Positions 1-13,660 of a DNA stretch of 64,000 nt are shown here, in pieces. Below the pieces are notes generated by a model, which had not been told where the DNA came from, made no database searches, and was given only the letters and a program-made list of their open reading frames with translations. The stretch lies in the NCBI GenBank assembly GCA_964016885.1, contig OZ024752.1, positions 10,664,001 to 10,728,000 of the forward strand, written 5' to 3'. This DNA is from Eledone cirrhosa. Lineage: Eukaryota. The position numbers were made by a program, and so were the translations under genes. Every line of letters begins with the position of its first letter. Positions within the stretch are counted from its first letter, which is position 1.

Positions 1-927
1 CAGTGTAGAAAGGCCCTGATCAGCAAAACCTACCCTTTTAAGTAAACCCACTGTACTAATAGGAAATGTATCATATGTAAAGTAAACCCCCGGATAAACT
101 GTAAAACTAGAAACGTAGTCTATAGCATAAGATGTACAGAGGGTACTTGCAGAAACATGACAACAACATACATAGGCGAGAGAAGCTCGTAGCATAGCTG
201 AAAGGATAGACATACACTGGGGGTGAACTAGAAGGACGAAAAAACGGTTCAGTACTATACGAACATGCCAGACAACAAAACAACGGTAACATAGGCAACA
301 TAGGAGTTAGAATAATATCTAAACATAGAAATAACCCAGCAGATAGGCAAATCAGAGAGGCCAGCGAAATAGAACTTAGAAGGCCAAGGCTAAACAAAAT
401 ATGAATGGAATAACAACAACACACAGCAAACAACACTGACCTAAGAGAAGTATAAATAAATAAATAAATACATACACAAGCACAATAACAACAAACACAC
501 TAGTAAACTAAGATAGAATACATTAACCAATAGACAGTCACCCAAACAAGAACACACATCAAACATAACACTCTACACACACACAAACGCATGCGCAGAG
601 TAGACAAACAAAATAAACAAGTAAATAAATAAATAAACAGACTAAATAAAGATGGCGTAAGCATACAATGCAACGGGAGGAAACATAATAGCCCCACTGA
701 CTATGTTGCAGATGTGCAACGAAAGAATTTGATAGATTATATATATGTGTTTGTGTCTATATTGTATCTGTATTTTTGACCGTTGGTCAGTCAATGGCAA
801 CATTGAGGACCGAATAAATTAAATTAACCGATATAAAAGACACAGAAGCGAAAACCAACCAAACAGTGAGTATGTTCTGTTATTAATTCTGGCAATATTA
901 TTACACAAATATTACCCTCCCCAAGTA

Positions 928-978
<51 letters not shown>

Positions 979-1234
979 TGTCTGTGAAAATGGCACCTAC
1001 TAACATGTTAATATTTTCTTTGTAAATCCCACTGAAGTCCATTCATATGATTTACAATTATCAGGCTGGCGTCTGATCTCTATAAAGCCGAACGGCTGAG
1101 GATGATTCCGTACACATTCTCTTTCAGATATATAAACTGTTTAACCTAAAATCCTTACTTAAAATATGTGAGTTTATAGCCCCATAACTGAATTAAAATT
1201 AGTGTTTGCAAGTCGAAGTGTCATTATCATATCC

Positions 1235-1416
1235 TATTGGCAGTATCGTTAGAGGGTCAGACGCTATGCTTTCTAACATAGTTATGTCCTTTTATGATCT
1301 GAGTTCAAATCCCGCCGAGGTTAACTTGGCCTTTCATCCTTACAGGGTCGATAAGATAAAGTACCAGTAATGTACTGGGTAATTGCGGGCCTTGTGCCAA
1401 AAATTAGAAACAATTA
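1235..1416 (+). mobile_element. tRNA-derived SINE (window family S)
   Basis: A-box-like tggcagtatcg, B-box gagttcaaatc, body gcctttcatccttacagggtcgataagataaagtaccagt, 3' end tagaaacaattat. Imperfect TSD attatcatat(c/t)ctat at about 1223 and 1412. Confidence 0.85.
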
Positions 1417-2646
1417 TCATATTCTATAGAAAATTCAAGATTAAAAATAAATGGCAACGATATATTTACTCTGGCTATCAGTCAACCAGTCTTCTCACCA
1501 TAATCTTATGGTAATACTTTTCTTGGTATAATCGTTATGTATTTTCTTTTGGTTGTCGATGTATTTTAAGTTGATATCTCAGCCGAAATGTTAAACACCT
1601 GGCCACCGTTAAGATTATTTATATGCACTTAAAACTTTCTTTTGACAACACAAATAATCTATATATTAAAATCTAATTGCAATAACTCTATATAAAGTTT
1701 TTCCAATTATTATACCAAACATATGGCTGTATAAACAAATTGCATTACAACTATGTTACACCAATGTTATTTTTATATAATGACGAAGAATTGGTGAAAC
1801 TTTAGAGTGTGGAGCTTAACATGAAGTGAGTGATTGTCTATATTACGTCTAACCTTTAACATAGGGGTATTTTCGTTACCGTACTATCAATGTTAAATCA
1901 ATATTTTTCTGGAATATCGTGATGAAAGTGAGGAACATATTTTAAATTGATTTAGTCATATAAGTTAGGGAGTGTCTTCCTCTTTTGTATGTTATATTAA
2001 TATACGTTGTACATTTTATATTATAGCTGTTCAAAAAGTTTTAATGGATTTTCCTACAAAATAAAATGGCAATCGGACGAACATTCTCAAACTACTCGAA
2101 ATATATTTAATATTTGAAATTCTGTTGCTGACGAAAATGAAAATGGGAAACTATGAATGTTGCACGAATAAGATCTCAACTAGAGATAAATGAATATATA
2201 TACATATACACATTACACATGCATGTGCTTGTAAAGGTTCGGAATTGTTATACAATGTCACCTTGAAACTTCATGAAAATCTAATATTTAATAACTGGAT
2301 GACTGCGGGACTCACTAAACGTAATTTTTTTCTTAGGAATTTATTAAAAGTTGGATTATTTTGAATAAGTCATGAATGAATATTATGTAATTCATCTACT
2401 AAATTTTGTAGCTGTATAATTTATAATTTATTTTATAATTTATAATAAGATTCACTTCTTTAAAATGTTCAAATGTCTACACTTCCGGTTAGCGCTGGTT
2501 ATATCTTGACAGGTAGCCGTAAACTATATCACATCGTTTATATAAACATTCCTATAACATTCCATCGTTATATAAGGTTTATATTTCCGTCGCTAATTTC
2601 CTCCTCTTTCGTTTTCATAAAATTTTACCGGAATCCAGTTTACATA

Positions 2647-2827
2647 TAATTGTTTCTACTTTGGCAGAAGGCCGCAATTATCACAGTGTATTATTGGTGC
2701 TTTGTTTTATCGACCCCGTAAGGATGAAAGGCAAAGTTAACCTCAGCGGGATTTGAATTCATACCATAAAGGGCCGTAACTCTTTGCTTCAAAGCCTGGC
2801 GTCAGACCCTCTATCGATACTGCCAAT
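2647..2827 (-). mobile_element. tRNA-derived SINE (family S)
   Basis: Reverse-complement copy: tcgaccccgtaaggatgaaaggcaaagttaacctc...gatttgaa...gatactgccaa. Confidence 0.85.
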
Positions 2828-3280
2828 GCACAGTTTATATATAATATCGTCTTTGTTCAATGTATCATGCATTACTTTACTGATTACAGAAGAGAGTGTA
2901 ACACAGTCTCTCTTCAATTTCTGTGCATATTGTCAATTACGATTTTATTTGACGTATCAAATCTGAATGCATATATATTTGCGTATAATATCAATATGGA
3001 CACTACATATGCTAGCAGAAAGACCACCCTTCGGCCGTTTTTCTGTTAGTTACATTAATGATGCAAGAATCTGGAGAATGCTCTTCCGTTTATCGAAAAA
3101 GTGGAGCATTTAGCTTCGAAACTAACTCTTTTCAATCGATGTGTGTGTATTTCTGCTTGCATGTGATTGGTACTTACTCTGAAATATTTTTAATTTCTGA
3201 CTTTGGTAAAGATTATTGTCAATCATACTTAAATTAGAAAAGTTTGCACGAAATGATATTTTATAAGAATACTGTTGAGT

Positions 3281-3712
<432 letters not shown>

Positions 3713-3918
3713 CATCATTGGAAATCTGACAGTATTATTGCACGAAAGATAAAGTCACATAAATCTTATTTTCTCTTCATAATTCTACTTAATTTAATAT
3801 CATAGATATCTATACGTCTAGGGAAAGTATTATTGTTCATATTATTAATAGATGTATAATTCTTATATTGTTGATATTTCGGCTGAGAAGTAATACTATT
3901 GATGTGTTCGCATAATAA

Positions 3919-4011
3919 TAATTGTTTCTACTATTGGCACAAGGCCAGGAATTACTAAGTGCATCACTGGTACTTTATTTAGTCGACCCTGTAAGAATGA
4001 AAGGCAAAGTT
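3919..4011 (-). mobile_element. Partial SINE S (3' half)
   Basis: attgtttctactattggcacaaggccag...gtcgaccctgtaagaatgaaaggcaaagtt, interrupted at 4011. Confidence 0.7.
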
Positions 4012-4270
4012 ATGGGTGAAATCACCTCACAAGAAATAAAAACAGCAGTCAGCAATGTTGGAAACTAGAAATCCCTGTGCAGAGGTGAATTTGTAGCTGA
4101 AACATCTGGATGTGCTCCATGAAGTCTTAGCTGCTGAATTCCCCCAGAGAGGTCCCAAAGTGGATGACAACTGGCAAAACCGTATCTTCTACCGAAGAAT
4201 GAATGCTCAGAAACTACAGACCAATTACGTCTCCCAACGATGTACAACGCCCTCACGTTATTGATTAACA
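4012..4270 (+). pseudogene. Degraded RT fragment of an R4/Dong-like (RLE) non-LTR retrotransposon
   Basis: Frame-broken translation EITSQEIKTAV...N*KS, PKWMTTGKT..LPK, NYRPIT..TMYNALT resembles the NWKAPG / W.T.G.T.L.PK / NYRPITCL motifs of this clade. Confidence 0.65.
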
Positions 4271-5041
4271 ACACCATGCTTTGCAGCATAACGTTACGGC
4301 CCTTTACGTTCTAGCTTCAAATCTCGTAGAAACAATTAACTTATACAATACATATAATTCAATGCATCCTTCCTTAGATAGATTTATACAAAACTACGTT
4401 ATATTATTTCCACATTTCTATGTGCATTCATATTGGAATACCTTCAGCTAAGCTATTTATAGACGCCATAATTAGCAGCCCCATATTTATTTATTTTCAT
4501 TGGCAATTTTCGTTTCGGCTTCTCTACTATCTGTAAATTATTCATTTCAGATTTTCTTCTCCAACATAATACAAAAGATATTTTGCAAATAATTTCTATG
4601 AATAATCAACACATTAAAATGTACGTTGATGTAGCGAACGCTTCATAATTTCCCTTAATGTACGCCAGTTGCCCTTAAAGTGTTTGAAACTATGTATATG
4701 AGAGAAGACAAAATGTGTGAAATATGTAAATGAACTGTAAACTTTCCTCAAAATCTCCTGCTAAAAAAATGGGAAAGAATCATTTAACCTTAAACTCTAC
4801 AAAATACATCAACAATGCTGGTATATAAGCAAATGGGGTCCCACGCGCTGGCCGCCCCGCGACCCCAGCGGACAGAATAGAGAAGGCGTTTCCTCGGAGG
4901 ATGGTGAGGAAAACATTCAAAGGGCCAATGACACAACAGGCTTCCACTTTGTTGACATCTGGGTAAATATATAATGTCTTCTCGATGAGGGTTTTCCTCG
5001 AATGTTAGTGAGGAACACGGTCATAGCGCCAAGGTCACAAG

Positions 5042-5175
<134 letters not shown>

Positions 5176-5211
5176 TATATATATGTATATATGTATACTA
5201 TATATATATAT

Positions 5212-5256
<45 letters not shown>

Positions 5257-5339
5257 GAGTTAAACAAGATTCAATGAGTATATCAAAGAATGAGTTTTAC
5301 AGTAGATTGGAAGCACCCTACGAGAAAAAATTGTCCAGA

Positions 5340-5636
5340 GTTATTAATATTAAAATACAAATATTAATAAAATAGATGTTCTTTTGACCAATTACATTTT
5401 ATTATAAAGATTTCGGATGTACATCCTCATCAGACAAAATATAATGATACATGACATACCCTGAGATGTTAAATGGTTACGATTTAATCACTACCTTGAT
5501 TAATAGTAACCATTTAACATCTCAGGGTGTCATGTATCATTATATTTTGTCTGATGGGGACGTACATCCGAAATATGTATAATAAAATGTAATTGGTCAA
5601 AAGAACAGCTTTTTTATTAATATTTGTATTTTAATA
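5340..5636. mobile_element. Head-to-head inverted PLE-type terminus with two hammerheads (family A)
   Basis: Arms of about 145 bp are reverse complements around about 5490. The right end runs into (TA)n. Confidence 0.8.
5391..5445 (-). ncRNA. Type I hammerhead ribozyme (family A, intact core)
   Basis: rc: attatattttgt-CTGATGA-GGATG ta CATCC-GAAAT cttt ATA-ataaaatgtaat. 12-bp helix I. The plus-strand partner at 5539-5592 has CTGATGG. Confidence 0.85.
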
Positions 5637-5733
5637 TATATATATATATATATATATTATATAGTAATAATAATAATAATAAATTTGAAGACTATAACTT
5701 TAATCTGTTATTTTAATAAATATATATATATAT

Positions 5734-5768
<35 letters not shown>

Positions 5769-5971
5769 ATATATATATATTATGTATATATATATATTAT
5801 ATATATATATATATATATTATGTATATATATATATATGTATGAATGAAGTAATTCCGTTGGAAAAGTCCAGGAAAAAAGAGTGCTCTATGTAGGTAACAG
5901 AGCTTAATAGTTATGGTCTGTTTATTGAATTTGGATTTTAAAATCAAAATTCCATAAACAGACCAGGATTT

Positions 5972-6030
5972 TTTCATTCTGAGGATTGAAAGCAAATTTT
6001 TTGCTTTTAAGAAACCACTGGTAAATGGAA
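5972..6030 (+). ncRNA. Type I hammerhead ribozyme (family C)
   Basis: tttcatt-CTGAGGA-ttgaaagcaaa ttt tttgcttttaa-GAAACC act GGTA-aatggaa. Related copies at about 6833-6893 (CTGATCA) and about 23430-23483. Confidence 0.85.
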
Positions 6031-6055
6031 TAATTGTCTTATGTTGTTTATTACA

Positions 6056-6059
<4 letters not shown>

Positions 6060-6093
<34 letters not shown>

Positions 6094-6221
6094 GGATATA
6101 TATTATATATATATATTATATATATATATATATTATGGATATATATTATATATATATATTATATATATATATATATTATGGATATATATTATATATATAT
6201 TATATATATATATATTATGGA

Positions 6222-6281
<60 letters not shown>

Positions 6282-6308
6282 ATATATATATATATTATGG
6301 ATATATAT

Positions 6309-6343
<35 letters not shown>

Positions 6344-6372
6344 ATATATATATATATATTATGGATATATAT

Positions 6373-6407
<35 letters not shown>

Positions 6408-6429
6408 ATATATATATATATATTATGGA

Positions 6430-6478
<49 letters not shown>

Positions 6479-6487
6479 GGATATATA

Positions 6488-6538
<51 letters not shown>

Positions 6539-6541
6539 GGA

Positions 6542-6572
<31 letters not shown>

Positions 6573-6609
6573 ATATGGATATATATTATATATATATATA
6601 TAATATGGA

Positions 6610-6641
<32 letters not shown>

Positions 6642-6699
6642 TTTATATATATATATATATATTATATATATATATATATATATATTTTATATATATATA

Positions 6700-6790
<91 letters not shown>
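6060..6790. repeat. Compound (TA)n minisatellite with recurring tattatggatatatatt spacer
   Basis: The ggat-containing unit recurs about 11 times among TA runs. Confidence 0.9.
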
Positions 6791-6791
<1 letters not shown>

Positions 6792-7595
6792 GTACGAATG
6801 AAAAAATCCTGGTGTAAATACCACCATGATTTTTTCATTCTGATCACTGAAAGCAAATGTTGCTTGCTTTCAAGAAACCACTGGTAAATGAAATAATTAT
6901 CTTATGTTGTTTATTACATTACTAAATATATATATTACATATATATATATATATGTATATGTATGTATGTGTGTGTGCCTGTGTCTGATGGTAGGTATGA
7001 TGCTTCCATAGGCGGTATGTCGGTTGAGTACTGTATGTTCTTACTGAGCAGAGTGTGATATAATGTAAAACGAAAAATCAGTGAAGCATCTGAACTCAAT
7101 TTATTGTGTGTTACAATTGTTTCGTCGGACACGTGTGTGTAAGTGCGTGTGCGTGTCTATATATATGTCTGTACGTGTTTGTGTATAGCAGTCGATATAC
7201 GCGTATGCATGTGTGTGCGCATGTATGCGTGTGTTTGTGTGCCTATGTGTGTGTGTGAGAGCTGATGTACGTGGGCATGTAGGCAGGCGTCTGTGGATGC
7301 GTATGTTGTTATTTATGTGGTTGTGTGAGTGTGTGTGTGTCTATGTGTGTGTACATATATATATATACATGTATATGTGTGTGTGAGCGCGCGAGTGGAC
7401 TTGTGAAATACCAAACCCACCATGGATTCATTGAAGCGTGTCAGGCGGAGGGACAGGTTATGGCCAGTGTGACAGCAACTATTGGCCAGAATTTATGATG
7501 ACGTAGAAAAAGAACAGCCGACACCAGGACAAGTGAAGAAGATGTTTTCTGACGCTAACACCCCAGCGAGAAAATGTGATCCGAAATTATTGCAA

Positions 7596-7737
7596 GTGTC
7601 CGACGAACCTGCAGATCCAGAGTCAGACTGCTCGAGACACGATCATTGTATGGATCTGTCTGATGCTGGACCTGCATCAGACAGATCCACACAATGTTCC
7701 TGTCTCGAGCAGTCTGCCGGCGAAACAATTGTAACAC
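7596..7737 (+). ncRNA. Hammerhead-like RNA with U4C core and long hairpin in helix II (family I)
   Basis: gtgt-CCGACGA-acc...[near-perfect hairpin 7624-7716]...ggc-GAAAC aatt GTA-acac, followed by aataaa. Inverted partner of the terminus at about 7059-7133. Confidence 0.65.
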
Positions 7738-7780
7738 ACAATAAATCGAGTTCAGATGCATCACTGATTTTTCGTTTTAC

Positions 7781-7901
<121 letters not shown>

Positions 7902-8481
7902 GAGAAGGCGGCCAAAATTAGCAGTTACTAGTCCGGGTGACCGCCTTCACTTTTCAGCCCCTTGGATTGTGTCTATTATATTCCTTTGTTGGATAAATTT
8001 CGGAATACCTGATGTTGTCACCGGATTCATACTGAACTCGGTCATTGACATGTTCATAGTATAATAAAGCTTTAAACTCCGTACTCGCACCACCAACAAC
8101 ACAAACGAAGACGGGTGAGTTGCATTACGCCGAATGCTCTCCATAATGTTACATCGAGATTGACCATACAGAATAACCAGTTCTATCGAGTTGTGAACCA
8201 ACAAACCGAAATATATATATATTTTGAGTTAAGAACTCAGGGTAGTCTCTTAATTAAATATCCCTAAGAAAAAGGCTTTTCCGAGCCGTACAATATAATT
8301 GAATAAACAATAAGATGAACACTAATATAAACATACATGTGTTCGAATCGTAAGGACCAAATTTGCTAGGGTGAAAAAATACTAACTACAGCAATATAGT
8401 TTGTTTTCCTTAACTTTAAATATTAAATGAAGAAAAATTAAGAGAAATAACAGACCTATATTGGGCAAAAATGCCTGGTAA

Positions 8482-8559
8482 CAACTAGACAGTGTTGGAA
8501 ACTGTTTTGCAAAGACTTATTAAGTGAAGTTCTCACGTTTCTCTGCTCATCAGTAGTTG
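8482..8559 (-). ncRNA. Type I hammerhead, one core mutation (family G)
   Basis: rc: caacta-CTGATGA-gcagaga...tctttgc-AAAACAG tttccaaca CTGTC-tagttg. All three helices pair; G12 is changed to A. Confidence 0.75.
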
Positions 8560-8654
8560 TTGAGAAATTAGTGATCCTTTCACTTCTAAAAATATTAGAG
8601 AATGAATTGTGTGTGATCCTTGGTACAGTTAGGTATATTTGAAAATAAGGGAAA

Positions 8655-9004
8655 TAATGACTTCATTTGTAGTGTTAAAAACATTTTAGATTTAATTTTA
8701 TAATATTATAATATTATGAGTTGGTAGATCCAGTAAGTTCTTTGTTAACGTCGGTGGGAAGAATTTTCAAGATTCCTCGTTAACTGGGGTTGGAGAACTT
8801 TCTCGTATTCGTCTGTCTGTGGCGATTTTCATCTCAGTTTGACAATCGCCGCAGACAGACGAATGCAAGAAAGTTCTCCAACCCAAGTTAACCAGGAATA
8901 TTTAAAATTCTTTCCACCGAAGTAAACAAAGAACTTACTTTACTGGATCTACCAATAATATTATAAAATTAAATCAAACATTTTTTAACACAAGTGAAGT
9001 CATT
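8655..9004. repeat. Fold-back inverted repeat (arms about 165 bp) abutting (TA)n
   Basis: ggttggagaactttc...tctgtctgtggcgatt / aatcgccgcagacagacg...gaaagttctccaacc. Confidence 0.85.
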
Positions 9005-9019
9005 CTTTTCTTTATTTCC

Positions 9020-9092
<73 letters not shown>

Positions 9093-9454
9093 CGTGTATG
9101 TATGTGTGTATGTGTGTATATATATATATATATATGTATGTGTGTATATGTGTGTGTATATATTTATATGTATGTATGTGTATATATATATAAAATGAAT
9201 CAACGGAGTAAAGGACAGGTGTAATATAATGTAATATAATGACTTCAAGGAAAATGTTCCGGGCTCTTCAAAATATATAGGAGTGAATACTTGATTTTTC
9301 ATAACACCGTATTTTTACCACCAGAGTGAAAGACATATAAATGGTGTAAGGTAATGAGAAAAAACATTATAATCAAACAGGTTAATACATTTCAAAAGTA
9401 CCACCATAACTCTTACACACAGTCCCTTTACAGATATCTATCTTATATCTCATT

Positions 9455-9493
9455 CTTTCTTCTGATGAAGGAGCAGCGTCCGAAACGTCAAAT
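9455..9493 (+). ncRNA. Minimal PLE-type hammerhead (family E)
   Basis: CTGATGA-a-gga gcagcg tcc-GAAAC-GTC, with a loopless palindromic helix III (ACGT). Second copy on the minus strand at 37214-37252. Confidence 0.8.
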
Positions 9494-9796
9494 CCCTCTT
9501 CCTGCTATTTCAAGCATTAACCTAAAATAATCTTTTTATATACTGTACCGATTGTGTTGTTATTTCTGTTTACCTTTTACATATATATATATATATATAT
9601 ACAGTGGCGGACTGTGTCTAAAAATATTGGTTCCCATGAAATGAAGGGGACCCACCTACATATATAATGCTATCATTTTTTATGATATTTTTATAATGAA
9701 TAAATTTATAAATTTTATAATGAATAAATAACATTTTCAAAACATACATATGTGGAAACAAAACAGTGCAAACAAATTTCTGCGGAAAAAATATAT

Positions 9797-9849
<53 letters not shown>

Positions 9850-9921
9850 ATAACACTGATGAACGATCCAGACGTATATTATTATTGTCTAGGATCCAGA
9901 AACCTTTGGTAATGGAGTAGT
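9850..9921 (+). ncRNA. Hammerhead (family F)
   Basis: CTGATGA-ac gatcc agac..gtct a ggatc ca-GAAACC ttt GGTA-atggagtagt. Homologs lie in the inverted pair at 21670-22060. Confidence 0.7.
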
Positions 9922-10359
9922 TATATATTGTGTTGTTCACTTTCTAAATACAATATATATATATGCATGCTTGTATGTCTGGCTCTTTATATGTATGTGT
10001 GTATGCTTTAGATTTAGTAGAATGTACAACCACTGATTGCAGCTATTTGCTATTTCATATATTTTGGTTATTATTAATTCCATGGGAAATTGGTTGACCA
10101 AATGCTTTGCTTAATTGTTTCATTTGTTTTATTTTTAATTATTCTTTCTCTTAGACGTTAGGTATTTTTTGAAAGCAAAGCATTGGTCCCTAAAATACTA
10201 CAACGAGCCCTGCAATGTTACCGGCGGCCCCCTGTGGACCACCTACCGTTGAGCAACCTGGCAACCTTTTCTTTTCATGTCAGTTATATTCAAACTTAGA
10301 ATGATTAGCATTATATATATATATATATGTATATATACAAACACACACACACACGCACA

Positions 10360-10412
<53 letters not shown>

Positions 10413-10559
10413 ATAATAATAAATGTGAAAACTAAAATATATATAGATATATAGATATATATATATGATATTTGTTTGTTAAAATGATTAAATTAAATTA
10501 ATTCAACAGTTAAACAGACATAGGAATAATAAGGTTATTACGAAAGAGCCAGAAGATTG

Positions 10560-11030
10560 ACAAGTCAACCCTAAATATGACTAATAACACTCGGAAAGCC
10601 ATGAACAACACCGCATTGCTTCAACTTTGATTTTGAAAGTAGGTTTATAATTATTAATGTTCATTACTGTTGGGTAGCTGTCTCGGCGGCTCAGTAGGAG
10701 CAATAATAGAATGTGGTGATCCTGGTCTGAAGTTCCATCCTGGTCAGGAGTAGGGTTGCGCTAAATATGTTCAGTTTTTTTCTAAGGGATATAAAATAAA
10801 AACTGAACAAGTTTACATGTACCTCTTGACCAGGATTGAACCCAAGGCCAGGTTCTCCACCGTCTCTAGTACCTACCGCTAGGCCACTGAGACAGCAACG
10901 AAAATCTGAAAATTCATATTTATAAACCCACTTTCAAAATGTTCAATACAAAATGATGTGGTGCTGTTCGTGTCTTTCTTAATGTTATTGTTCCTACTTA
11001 AGGTCAACTTCTAAATCATTTGGGTGTTCC
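10560..11030. mobile_element. Diverged long inverted repeat with a tRNA-like module in each arm
   Basis: rc 10823-10897 gctgtctcagtggcctagcggtagg...gggttcaatcctggtcaagagg (A/B-box-like). Degenerate mirror at 10677-10750. Confidence 0.6.
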
Positions 11031-11215
11031 ATAAACTCCATCCTCATTCTGTTTCTCATCACTCTAGACTATATTTTAATCTTCAATTCGTATTTCATTT
11101 CTGTTACACCTCATTTCTCCCCCCTTTCTCCCCCTCTCTCTCTCTTTCTTTCTCTCTGTGATATTTGAATCTACTATGATTTTGTATTACGTTATTCATG
11201 TATATATATTCATGT

Positions 11216-11373
<158 letters not shown>

Positions 11374-11399
11374 TATAATATATATATATATATATATAT

Positions 11400-11705
11400 A
11401 CGATATTAAACAAATGGAAACTATATTTATAAAACCATATTTATTTAAATGGAAGTTGCATTATTCTAAGGTATGTCAAAATTATTTATAAAACAGCTTG
11501 TATATTGTATTTTGTCTGAGGAAGGCATACCATATTTTTAATATGATATCCCAGAAATATATATAACGAAATAAATATGGTTTTATAAATATAGTTTCCA
11601 TTTGTTTAATATCGTAAACCTACTCCAAAAACTGTTGAGTGCTTTTATATCAGTTATAAAATATTTACTCGTTGTAACCCAACAATTTTAAATAAATCTT
11701 TTGTA
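11400..11705. mobile_element. Inverted PLE-type terminus, family B, hammerhead at about 11505-11580 (+)
   Basis: gtattttgt-CTGAGGA-aggcataccatatt tt aatatgatatccca-GAAAT atat ATA-acgaaata. Arms cgatattaaacaaatggaaactat / atagtttccatttgtttaatatcg. Flanked by (TA)n on both sides. Confidence 0.75.
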
Positions 11706-11718
11706 TATATATATATAT

Positions 11719-11792
<74 letters not shown>

Positions 11793-11802
11793 ATATATAT
11801 AT

Positions 11803-12013
<211 letters not shown>

Positions 12014-12619
12014 ATATATATATTATAATATATATATATATATCACAAAATATGCGGAAAATCAGTGCTATGTTTGATAACTTTTGATGCTTTGGAGACT
12101 TATCTGAAAGGTTTAGTGTTACACCAAAGGAGTAAGGCTCTTCGTTATGGAGCAACACCTATTTTAGGCAACAACGGTAAAATATTGCTATAATGGAGTT
12201 TGTTAAAAGCCAATGAATTTTAAAATCTCATTTAAAATACGTTGAATTATTCAAGTAACACTTGATCCAATATGCAATTATTATTTTAAATGGCAGCATT
12301 ATGACACGCTAATACATGTTGTTTTTCAGCTATCGACTTAATCACCGCCACATTTGATGCATGTCTCTTCTTCCTGTGAAGTTATACGCATTACAATATC
12401 CATAATTTACGAAGTATCAGGAATTAAAGGTATATCTTCCGCACAAATAGCATTAGTCTAATGCAACTGTAAGTGATTCCTGAGGATTACAACTCATCAT
12501 ATTGCGTTATATGGAGCAAATCCTATGTAAAAAACTGGTTAATTGCTCTAAATCTCTATTTAAAATGTTTAAAGTATTACATTTCATATCAGAAATGCCT
12601 CCTATATAAAAGACATGAT

Positions 12620-13096
12620 CTCAGAAATACATATTTATATCACATATATAAATGTTAAATCATGTTATATCTCAATACATATATATCACATATATAAACG
12701 TTAAACCATGTTATATCTCAATATATATATATATATATATATATCACATATATAAATGTTACACCATGTTATATCTCAATACATATATATCACATATATA
12801 AATGTTAAACCATGTCATATCTCAATACATATATATCACATATATAAATTTTACACGATGTTATATCTCAATAAATATATATCACATATATAAATGTTAA
12901 ACCATGTTATATCACAATATATATATATCACATATATAAATGTTACACCATGTTATATCTCAATACATAAATGTTACACCATGTTATATCACAATATATA
13001 TATATATATATATATATCACATATATAAATGTTACACCATGTTATATCACAATATGTGTATATATCACATATATAAATGTTACACCATGTTATATC

Positions 13097-13133
<37 letters not shown>

Positions 13134-13260
13134 AACGTATAAATGTTACACCATGTTATATCACAATATATATATACATATCACATATATAAATGTTACA
13201 CCATGTTATATCACAATATATATATATCACATATATACATGTTCCACCATGTTATATCTA
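12620..13260. repeat. Minisatellite, unit of about 40-50 bp: atatcacatatataaatgttacaccatgttatatcacaat(at)n
   Basis: About 14 tandem units visible. Confidence 0.92.
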
Positions 13261-13457
13261 GAGATAATAAGGTACAATATAATATTATTGCTGGAGTGAA
13301 TTCGAAGGATCGTTCAAGCCTCAATTAACATCTTCTGTCTTTATTTTTGGCTCTCAATGCTCAGAATTCTCATCACATTCTGTTCAAATTCATCTTCCAT
13401 AAGTTCGTGGTCGATAAATAATATACCGACCGAAAAACAATTACTATCATTACTATC

Positions 13458-13481
13458 AGTGGTAGCAGCAGTAGCAGCAGC

Positions 13482-13533
<52 letters not shown>

Positions 13534-13601
13534 TCAGTAGTAGTAGTAGCAGCAGCGGCGGCAGCAGCAGTAGTAGTAGTAGCAGGAGCAGTAGTAGTAG
13601 C

Positions 13602-13660
<59 letters not shown>

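Noticed and set aside
1-720. A-rich stretch with hydrophobic 109-aa and 65-aa minus-strand ORFs
   Set aside because: Composition-driven, with no recognisable domain. Possibly a retroelement UTR, but not supportable.
10823-10897. Possible tRNA gene
   Set aside because: Only A/B boxes; no convincing cloverleaf or anticodon arm, so treated as a tRNA-derived repeat.
12620-13260. CRISPR-like regular repeats
   Set aside because: Spacers are only variable (TA)n, the context is eukaryotic, and there are no cas genes.
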